Source: an uncultured Kordia sp.
Lineage (GTDB): Bacteria; Bacteroidota; Bacteroidia; Flavobacteriales; Flavobacteriaceae
Reading direction: 5' to 3'
NCBI RefSeq assembly: GCF_947489565.1
Contig: NZ_CANLEA010000015.1
Location: 70,410 to 134,409, forward strand
Length of the DNA: 64,000 nt
Shown: positions 19,213 through 27,900 of the stretch, piece by piece
How the letters are laid out: each line of letters opens with the position of its first letter
How positions within the stretch are numbered: position 1 is the first letter of the stretch
Position numbers and translations under genes: made by a program
Notes under the pieces: model-generated
Databases searched by the model: none
What the model saw: the letters and a program-made list of their open reading frames with translations, nothing else
What the model was told of the DNA's origin: nothing

Positions 19213-20538
19213 ATGAAGCACATAGTTTTTATAATTGCAAGTTGTCTTTTATGTATGTTTACAAGCTGTCAAAAAGAATTGATGCCTATTAAAGTGACTG
19301 CAAACGATTACCAAACGGCTATTAACAAACTTACTAAAACCATGGTGTATGATATATTTTCGCCACCAGTTGCGAGTCGAATTTATGCATATCCAAACGT
19401 TGCTGCTTACGAAATTATGTCACAAAAAAATGAAAACTATACTTCATTACATTCACAAATAACGTCTTTAGAAGCCATTCCAAAAGCTACTAGCAAAGAT
19501 GTCAATTTGGATGTAGCGGCAATGATTGCTTATATGGAAGTTGGTAAAAAGTTAGTCTTTACGCAAGATTTACTCAATGCGTATCAGGATTCTATGGCAG
19601 TTGTATGGAAAGAGATCAACGCAAAAGAATTTGAAGCTTCTAAAAGCTACGGAATGCAAGTCGCATCACATATTCAAAACTGGATTGACAAAGATAATTA
19701 CAAGGAAACACGTACGATGCCGAAGTTTACGGTAGATTCAGATACTGCTTCGCGCTGGCAACCAACGCCACCATCTTACATGGACGGAATTGAGCCACAT
19801 TGGATGAAGATTAGAACGCTGGTTTTAGCGAATGCATCACAATTTAAACCAAAAACACATCCAGTGTTTTCATTAGCAGAAGACAGTGATTTTTATAAAG
19901 AGTTGGAGGAAGTATACCAAGTAACCACCAAAATTCAAGAAACAGGCGATGAAGCTGAAGAAGTGAAAATTGCTCAATTTTGGGATTGCAATCCGTATGT
20001 AGCTGTGAGCACAGGACATTTAATGACAGCGACCAAGAAAATTACGCCAGGCGCACATTGGATTGGTATTACAAATATTGCTTGCGCGAAAAAGAATTAC
20101 AATTTAGACGATACTATCTATGCCAATACGCTTGCTTCTATCACTATTTTTGATGCGTTTATAAGTTGTTGGGACGAGAAATATAGAAGCAATTTGATAC
20201 GTCCAGAAACCTTAATCAATCAGCATTTAGACGTGCATTGGAAACCGTTGTTGCAAACACCTCCATTTCCAGAATATACCAGCGGACATTCGGTAGTTTC
20301 AGGTTCGGCGGCAACTGTTTTGACACATATTTTCGGCGATAATTTCAGTTATACGGATGATACAGAGTTGGAATACGGTTTGCCTTCACGAGATTTTACG
20401 TCTTTCAATCAAGCAGCACAAGAAGCGGCAATAAGTCGTTTGTATGGAGGAATTCACTACAGAGCAGCCATTGACAATGGATTGGCACAAGGTATTCATA
20501 TTGGTCAGTTTGTGTTAAAAACAATCAATTTGAAATAA
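19213..20538 (+). CDS. Vanadium-dependent haloperoxidase / PAP2 superfamily lipoprotein
   Basis: Lipobox FTSCQK and vanadate-binding motifs KYRSNLIRP (K-x6-RP), PEYTSGHS and SRLYGGIHY. Confidence 0.85.
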   Translation: MKHIVFIIASCLLCMFTSCQKELMPIKVTANDYQTAINKLTKTMVYDIFSPPVASRIYAYPNVAAYEIMSQKNENYTSLHSQITSLEAIPKATSKDVNLDVAAMIAYMEVGKKLVFTQDLLNAYQDSMAVVWKEINAKEFEASKSYGMQVASHIQNWIDKDNYKETRTMPKFTVDSDTASRWQPTPPSYMDGIEPHWMKIRTLVLANASQFKPKTHPVFSLAEDSDFYKELEEVYQVTTKIQETGDEAEEVKIAQFWDCNPYVAVSTGHLMTATKKITPGAHWIGITNIACAKKNYNLDDTIYANTLASITIFDAFISCWDEKYRSNLIRPETLINQHLDVHWKPLLQTPPFPEYTSGHSVVSGSAATVLTHIFGDNFSYTDDTELEYGLPSRDFTSFNQAAQEAAISRLYGGIHYRAAIDNGLAQGIHIGQFVLKTINLK

Positions 20539-20620
20539 CGAATATCAAATCATATAGCTCACTCATATCTTCAAACCACTCAAAAATGGATTGCCTATTT
20601 TAAAAATGCAATATAACTCA

Positions 20621-20628
20621 TAACTTTG
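20621..20628 (+). promoter_or_regulatory. -7 promoter element (TAACTTTG) for the small peptide gene
   Basis: Exact TAnnTTTG about 90 nt upstream of the ATG at 20718. Confidence 0.5.
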
Positions 20629-20717
20629 GTATGTACTCAGAGCTCAAACCAAAACAATTTGTTGGAAAAGCGCATACTCAGCAAATGTATTTTTAAACAA
20701 AATAAAATAAGAAGATC

Positions 20718-20906
20718 ATGAAAACTAAGAATTTAAAATCATTAAAACTGAAAAAAAATACAGTTTCTACATTTGATTATGTACAAGTAAATGGAGGAAT
20801 TAGTGGAACAGCTTGTGGCGGATCAAGAGCAGCATGTGCACCACAAACAGTAGTACATACATGTCAGCATTCTGATAAAAGAACATGTACATTGACAACA
20901 TTTTAA
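20718..20906 (+). CDS. Putative RiPP (lanthipeptide-like) precursor with double-glycine leader
   Basis: Lys/Leu-rich leader MKTKNLKSLKLKKNTVSTF...VNGG, then a 35-aa core with 4 Cys and many Ser/Thr. It has its own promoter and terminator. Confidence 0.72.
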   Translation: MKTKNLKSLKLKKNTVSTFDYVQVNGGISGTACGGSRAACAPQTVVHTCQHSDKRTCTLTTF

Positions 20907-20937
20907 TTTAATAAAAACCAAAATTAATTTATAACAT

Positions 20938-20969
20938 AAGAGCATCACTTAGAAATGGGTGATGCTTTT
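20938..20969 (+). terminator. Intrinsic terminator after the peptide gene
   Basis: aagagcatcactt-agaaat-gggtgatgctttt hairpin with T tail. Confidence 0.75.
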
Positions 20970-21134
20970 GTGTTGATTTTGAGAAAATATGCTGCTATTA
21001 AAGAAAAATATTTTCAAGAAAACTCGATAATTTTTATACATTTATATGCCGCAGATATTTCGTTTTTAAGCGAAACTTTTCTATTGATTGTATATGTAAT
21101 TACAATTGAAATAGTATCTATTAAATTTTACTTT

Positions 21135-23213
21135 ATGAATACGCATCTTAAGTACTTTTTTTTATTCCTTTCTTTTTTTCTTTTTACGATCAATTCGTAT
21201 GCTCAAAAGCGATCGCCTACAAAAATTTTAGATTCTCTATTGTTACATCATCCGCAAAAAGACACGACAAGAGTCAAAATGCTATCAACATATATTCAAA
21301 AAATTTATTACAGAGATACACTCAAAGCAGATTCTTTGATCACAGAGGTTGAAAAATTATCTGATGAAATAAATTATGCAAAAGGAAAAGCAGATGCTAG
21401 CTACTACAGAGGCGAAGTACAGATTACAAAATCTGACTTTAGTGCCAGTATTATTTCCTTTAAAAAGGCGATTGAATTGTATGAGAAAATAGATCGTAAA
21501 GCACTTATTGCAAACTGTTTTAATAGAATAGGAGCATCTTATTATCATCAAGGTAATTTTTCAGAAGCACTCGAGTATTACAACAAATCGGCAAGCATGT
21601 GTAAAGAGATTAATAATTTAAAAGGTGCTTCTGTTATTTTCAATAATATCGCCAATATTTATGCAGATCAAGGGAAATATTTTGAGGCTATTAAAAATTA
21701 TAATGAGTCAAAAGAAATTAAGCTAAAAATTAACTATCGCTCAGGACTTGCCAAAACCTATACCAACCTAGGATCGATTTATGGGGAATTAAAAGATTTT
21801 CCGAAAGCACTAGAAAATTTGAATGATGCATTGCGTATTTATGATAGTATTGAAAATAATACCAAAGCCAAAGTACTTTTATTGAGCATAGGAGTCATTC
21901 ATAGCGAACAAAAGCAATCAGATTCAGCTTTAGTATATTATGAAAAAGCGCTAAAACTCTATAAAAAGGAGGATGATCAACGCGGAATTGCCGATTGTCT
22001 TGATAAAATAGGGAATGTGCATAAAAACCGATTTGAAAATAAAAAGGCATTAGATTTTTTCTTTAAATCATTAGCGATTTCAAAAGAGGTAAATGATGAA
22101 AGAGGCATGGCTATGAGTTATTTAAATATTGCGCAGGTATATTATTTTCAAAAGAAACATAAAAAAGCTCTTGACTATACTTTAAAAACCAAAAAAATAG
22201 CAGATAAATTAAACATCCTCAAATTCCAAAAAGAAATATATGGTTTGCTTGCTGGTATTTATGAATATCAAGGTGAATATAAAAAATCCTTAGCAACACA
22301 TAAAGAATTTAAAACGATAAACGATAGTTTGTTAAGTAAGGATGTAAACAAAAAAATTATAAAATTAGAATACGAGTATAAATACAAACAAGAGTTAGCA
22401 TCTGCCAATCAAAGAGAATTGCGGCTAACGAAAGAAGTAGAAACAACGAATCAAGATTTAGAAGCATCGCAACGAAATTTACTTTTGGGAGTTATCGCTT
22501 TCTTATTAGTTACATTGGCTTTAGCGGCGATTATCTTTTTCTTGCGATTGCGAAATATTAAAGCAAAAAACGCAAATATTTTAACTGAACAGAAGTTATT
22601 GCGTTCGCAAATGACACCACATTTTATTTTTAATGCCTTGTCAGTTTTACAAGGAATTATATTGAATGATGAAAAAAAGAAATCATTGTCGTATTTGTCT
22701 AAATTTTCAAAATTATTGCGAATTACCTTAGAAAATTCTAGAGATAAAATGGTGCCTCTCGATCAAGAATTGCTCGCTGTCGAAAATTATTTATCGCTTC
22801 ATAATATAGAATCAAATAACTCGTATAAATATTCTATTTCTGTAGATGAAGCCATTGATAAACCTCAATTTGAAGTGCCGCCAATGCTGATTCAACCGTT
22901 TATAGAAAATGCTATTGAGCACGGATTTAACAAGCAGAGCGAAGATCGAAATATTGACATTCAACTGAGCTATGCCAAAGAAGAACTCGTTTGTACTATT
23001 ATAGACAATGGAATTGGTATAGATTCTCAAAAACAAAAAAGTCAAAAACAGAAAAAGTCTTTAGCAACGATCATCACTTCTGAACGCTTGCGAATTTTAT
23101 CTGAAGATTCTAAAACTAAAGGAACACTTACTGTAGAAGATCGACAAAAGTATAATGAACAAGGAACTATAGTTACACTCGTTATTCCACATAAAATACA
23201 AAAAGCATCATGA
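21135..23213 (+). CDS. TPR-containing LytS-type sensor histidine kinase
   Basis: Signal peptide from MNTHLKYFF (more plausible than the track's 20955 start, which overlaps the terminator), TPR array, TM helix, LRSQMTPHFIFNAL and PPMLIQPFIENAIEHG, IIDNGIG. Confidence 0.92.
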   Translation: MNTHLKYFFLFLSFFLFTINSYAQKRSPTKILDSLLLHHPQKDTTRVKMLSTYIQKIYYRDTLKADSLITEVEKLSDEINYAKGKADASYYRGEVQITKSDFSASIISFKKAIELYEKIDRKALIANCFNRIGASYYHQGNFSEALEYYNKSASMCKEINNLKGASVIFNNIANIYADQGKYFEAIKNYNESKEIKLKINYRSGLAKTYTNLGSIYGELKDFPKALENLNDALRIYDSIENNTKAKVLLLSIGVIHSEQKQSDSALVYYEKALKLYKKEDDQRGIADCLDKIGNVHKNRFENKKALDFFFKSLAISKEVNDERGMAMSYLNIAQVYYFQKKHKKALDYTLKTKKIADKLNILKFQKEIYGLLAGIYEYQGEYKKSLATHKEFKTINDSLLSKDVNKKIIKLEYEYKYKQELASANQRELRLTKEVETTNQDLEASQRNLLLGVIAFLLVTLALAAIIFFLRLRNIKAKNANILTEQKLLRSQMTPHFIFNALSVLQGIILNDEKKKSLSYLSKFSKLLRITLENSRDKMVPLDQELLAVENYLSLHNIESNNSYKYSISVDEAIDKPQFEVPPMLIQPFIENAIEHGFNKQSEDRNIDIQLSYAKEELVCTIIDNGIGIDSQKQKSQKQKKSLATIITSERLRILSEDSKTKGTLTVEDRQKYNEQGTIVTLVIPHKIQKAS

Positions 23214-23944
23214 AAGCACTTGTTGTAGAAGATAAAGAATACATTAGAAAAGGACTGCTGAATCTGTTAGAATTGGTAGAATTTGAAGTGCAAGTAGTAG
23301 GAGAGTGCGAGTCTGTAAATGAAGCGATAATTTTAGCAAAGGCATGCAAACCCGAATTAATTTTCTTAGATATAAATCTGACAGATGGAAATGCTTTTGA
23401 TTTTTTAGAACAAACAGAATACTCCGATTTTAAAGTAATTTTTATCACTGCGTATGAAGAATATGCACTAAAAGCGTTAAAAATGGGCGCTGTAGATTAT
23501 CTTTTGAAACCTGTTGATATAGAAGAACTCCAAACTGCTTTAGAAAAAGTTTCTGCGTTGCCACTTTCTACACAAAAACAACAAATAAACGTTGTAAAAA
23601 AAGCAATAACACAAGATACTTCTCAATTAATATTATCGCTACAAGATAGTTTTCAAGTAATTGAATTACATAATCTTATGTATTGTGAATCGGATAAAGG
23701 ATATACGACTTTTTATTGTGCTGACGGACAAAAATATGTAGTTTCTAAAACCTTGAAAGAGTTTGAAGAACGCTTGACTAAAGCTAACTTTACACGACCA
23801 CATCAATCTTATATTGTCAACTTAAAATTTATCAATAAGTATGACAAATCGGGTGTAATTCACTTAAAAAACGGACATAAAATTCCAGTATCTTCTAGAC
23901 GAAAAGAAGCTTTCTTAAGTACTTTCTTGAACAAATACAAATGA
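23210..23944 (+). CDS. LytTR-family response regulator
   Basis: Receiver domain (VVEDK, IFLDINL, IFITAY, YLLKP) plus LytTR domain (CESDKGYT, FTRPHQSYIVN, IPVSSRR). Overlaps the kinase stop (ATGA). Confidence 0.95.
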   Translation: MKALVVEDKEYIRKGLLNLLELVEFEVQVVGECESVNEAIILAKACKPELIFLDINLTDGNAFDFLEQTEYSDFKVIFITAYEEYALKALKMGAVDYLLKPVDIEELQTALEKVSALPLSTQKQQINVVKKAITQDTSQLILSLQDSFQVIELHNLMYCESDKGYTTFYCADGQKYVVSKTLKEFEERLTKANFTRPHQSYIVNLKFINKYDKSGVIHLKNGHKIPVSSRRKEAFLSTFLNKYK

Positions 23945-24168
23945 TAATTTTCCTTTTGAAAGCTTCAAAACATACTTAATAACGCTTACTTCATAGAATT
24001 TTAGTGCATTTTCAAATATGTACTCAAAAGTATCATTTATAGCTCCAAGTGTAACGGAAATAAAATGGCTATTTCTTTATTCATTCTTACGACATACTTT
24101 TATAAAAGTTAATCAATAATCAACGATAAAATTTTTTAAAAAAGCTGGTTAATAGTAGTATACAAAAA

Positions 24169-24294
24169 CCTTAAGCCTGCTATACTTTAATTTTTAGTTA
24201 CAACAGTATCTTATAGTTTGGTTAGACCTCTTGGCAAATACTGTATGTTGGGTAATTAGAGTGCTATTCATCATGTAGCAGGCAAGGCTTTTTT
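24169..24294. other. Long multi-segment intergenic hairpin (candidate structured RNA)
   Basis: Nested stems cctt/aagg, gcctgcta/tagcaggc, actttaatt/aattagagt and acagtat/atactgt, followed by a T run. Confidence 0.4.
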
Positions 24295-24337
24295 AGTAAG
24301 AACGATGCTTCGAAAAAAAACAAAATATAGATTACAT

Positions 24338-24910
24338 ATGAAAATAATAAACTTTACAATGATTGTCATTGTGATAGTGGCGTTATCGTTATTGTCGTGT
24401 ACTAAAGATGTAGAAATACTACCTGCCAATGCCATAACATTTGGCGAAATAGAAAAAGAAATGAAGAGTGAGTTTGGCGAAAATGCATACTACACAGATG
24501 TTTCTATCAGCTATCATAAAACAGCTGGAAATATTGTTACAGCCACAGTAACAAATACTCCAAAATCTTTAAAAATGGAAAAATGGAACTCTATTGAAGA
24601 TGCTTGGAAAAAGAAATCGGATATATTTATCGAAATTCCTAATGGAACATTGGCTGCAGATTTTATGTTTCGATTAAGCGATACCATCAACCTTTCTACT
24701 TTAGGAGATTTGGCAGAAAGATCTAGTAAAAAGCTTCAAAACGAAGAAAATATACAAAACCCTGCATTGTATTTGGCTTCGATCATATTTCCTAGAAATG
24801 GAGACATAACTAAAACAGAGTATTGCATCATTCTAAAACCAGAAAATAGCGATGCAATGTTTAGTTTTTTCTACACTATTGATGGAAAATTGATCAAAAT
24901 GAATTCTTAA
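24338..24910 (+). CDS. Hypothetical lipoprotein
   Basis: Lipobox LSLLSCTKD when started at ATG 24338. It lies 31 nt upstream of the LRR giant and is probably co-transcribed. Confidence 0.75.
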   Translation: MKIINFTMIVIVIVALSLLSCTKDVEILPANAITFGEIEKEMKSEFGENAYYTDVSISYHKTAGNIVTATVTNTPKSLKMEKWNSIEDAWKKKSDIFIEIPNGTLAADFMFRLSDTINLSTLGDLAERSSKKLQNEENIQNPALYLASIIFPRNGDITKTEYCIILKPENSDAMFSFFYTIDGKLIKMNS

Positions 24911-24941
24911 TAAATAACCACTTTATAACCTACTTTTTTAC

Positions 24942-27900
24942 ATGAAAAAAAAGCTACCATTCATCGCAATTTTAATACTACCATTTTTGATATTTGCTCA
25001 AACCTATGTGCCTGATGATAATTTTGAACAGGCTTTAATTGATTTAGGATATGATTCTGGTCCTTTGGATGATTTTGTGCCGACAGCAAATATTAGCGGC
25101 GTTATAAATTTGGATATTACTCAAAAAAACATCTCCGATCTTACGGGAATTGCCGATTTTGCAGCGCTTGAAGAAATACGTTTTTCCCAAAATCAAATAC
25201 AAACAATCGATTTTACAAGCAATACCAATCTAACTTTCATTTCAGCGTATACAGGTGATTTGACAAGCATCGACATTACGGGATTGACAAACTTAGAAGA
25301 AATATACCTGCAATTACACGATTTAACAAGCTTGGATATAAGTACCAATACAGCATTGAGAATACTTCACTGTAATGGAAATGATATCACGAGTATGAAT
25401 GTAAGTAACAATACATTAGTAGAATTGGATTGTTCTGGAAATGACTTAGCTACCTTAGATCTCTCCAATACTCCAGCATTAAAAGTATTGCGAATTGCAG
25501 GAAATCTATTCCAAACAATTGATCTAAGTCACAATACAGAACTTACTCTTTTAAATTTATACGGAACTCCAGTAGTATCACTAGATGTAAGTAATAATTC
25601 ATTATTAGAGTATTTATATGTGAATTTTTCTGCATCAAATCAAACAACTTTAGAAGAGTTGGATTTGAGCAACAATCCAGCATTAAAAATTCTTCGAGCA
25701 CAAAGTATCATCAATTTAAGAAGCTTAAACCTACAAAATGGGAACAATACAGCAATTACTACTTTTGTTGTAACAAATACACCAGCACTTTCCTGTATAG
25801 AAGTAGATGATGCCGCTTACAGTACTTCCAATTGGACAGCGGTAGATGCAAGTGTAACTTTTAGTACAGATTGTGATCCTTTGAGCACGGATGTTCCCGA
25901 TGATAATTTTGAGCAAGCATTGATTGATTTAGGATACGATTTTGGACCGCTTGATGATATAGTGCTAACCGCAAATATTAGCGGAATTACGACGTTGGAT
26001 GTAAGTTCGAAAAATATTGCTGATCTCACAGGAATCGAAGATTTTACAGCACTTCAAACCTTGTATTGTAATGATAATCAACTGACAAGTCTGGATGTGC
26101 AGAACAATCTGCAACTTGCCGATTTGCGATGTAATGACAATCAACTCACCAATGTCGATCTTTCGTCTTTACTACAATTACAAATTTTTAGTGCTACCAA
26201 TAATCAATTGTCAAGTGTTGATATTTCTAACAATTCCAGTTTATTGGCGATTGCGGTTACTGAAAACAATCTGACAGCTTTAAACACAAGCAACAATCCG
26301 TTGCTAATACAAATTATCTGTGGTCAAAACCAATTGATGTCATTGGATGTATCGTCAAATCCAGATTTAATTGATCTGTATTGCTATCAGAATCAACTCA
26401 CAACGATTGATGTAACTTCGAATTCTATTTTGGAAGTATTATGGTGTAGAAGCAATCAGTTAACCAGCATAAATACGACAGGAATTAACACTTTAAAAAC
26501 CTATGTAGCGTATGACAATCAATTAAATGCAATTGATGTAAGTACCAATAGTGGTTTAGAATTATTATCGCTTGGAAATAACAACTTATCCACGGTAGAC
26601 GTAAGTGCAAATTCAAGTTTAACCGAATTGTATGCACAAGCCAATCAATTAAATTCACTTGATGTAAGCGCAAACGCAGCCTTAGAAACATTATGGGTTT
26701 TTAACAATGCCATACCAGTACTCAATCTTTCAAACAATATCAATTTACAAGTCGTAGACATAGGAACAAACGATTACGCGTCTCTTGATTTGAGTTCCAA
26801 TGCACAGTTGACTGAAGTTTATGTACAGAATTGTCCCAACCTAGAAGTCCTAAACTTAAAAAATGGTGCGAATCCGAATCTTACTAATTTCTTAGCAACG
26901 GGCAATCCGAACCTATCATGTATTGAAGTAGATGACCCAGCCACAAGTACCGCCAATTGGAGTGGAGTAGATGCAGGAACAGTTTTTAGTATAGATTGTA
27001 ATTACGATTTAATCTATGTGCCCGATGATGCTTTTGAGCAAGCTTTGATCAATTTGGGATATGATACAGCTCCTTTGGATGATTATATACCAATGGAAAA
27101 TATTAATACAGTTACAACGCTTGATATCAGTAATTTGGGAATTGCAGATATGACCGGAATTGAAGGTTTTATAGCTTTAGAAGAACTAAACTGTTCTGGG
27201 AATTCTATTGAAAATTTACAAATTACGGCAAATACCTTACTTACAAATTTAGATGTGAATGACAATTTGTTGTCGGAGTTAAATATCAGCACAAACTTAG
27301 CATTAGAAATGTTGAATGTAAGTAACAATGCATTGACTACGATCGATTTAAATAATCATACACAATTGACCAGTTTTGATGGTTCTTACAATAATTTCAT
27401 CTTATTGCTTATCAAGAATGGAAACAATAGCAACATGACGAATTTTGCTGCAACCAACAATCCAGATTTAACCTGTATTGAAGTAGACGATGTTGCGTAT
27501 AGTACTACCAATTGGACGGCAATTGATACACAAACAAGCTTTAATACCGATTGCAATCAGTTTTATACCTATGTTCCTGATGACCGTTTTGAACAAGCTT
27601 TAATTGATTTGGGCTATGATTCTGGACCATTGAATGATTATGTATTGACAGCAAATATCAATACCATAACTGTTCTAAATGTAACTTATAAAGGAATAAC
27701 TGATTTAACAGGAATCAATGATTTTACAGCATTGGTACAATTGGATTGTGGATACAATGCACTTTCTAGTATAGATATTAGAGGGAATGCAAATTTAGAA
27801 ATATTGGATTGTCGTTTTAATGCTATCACATCTATTGATGTTACAAATAATGCTGCACTAAGAGCATTGTCCTTATGGAGTAATGATTTTACGGAAATAG

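Noticed and set aside
20955-21134. Longer N-terminus of the histidine kinase given by the ORF track
   Set aside because: It starts inside the upstream terminator and reads as low-complexity intergenic sequence. A clean signal peptide begins at 21135.
24194-24274. 26-codon minus-strand ORF (MMNSTLITQHTVFAKRSNQTIRYCCN) inside the long hairpin
   Set aside because: No homologue in the window and no promoter seen. Its length is compatible with chance.
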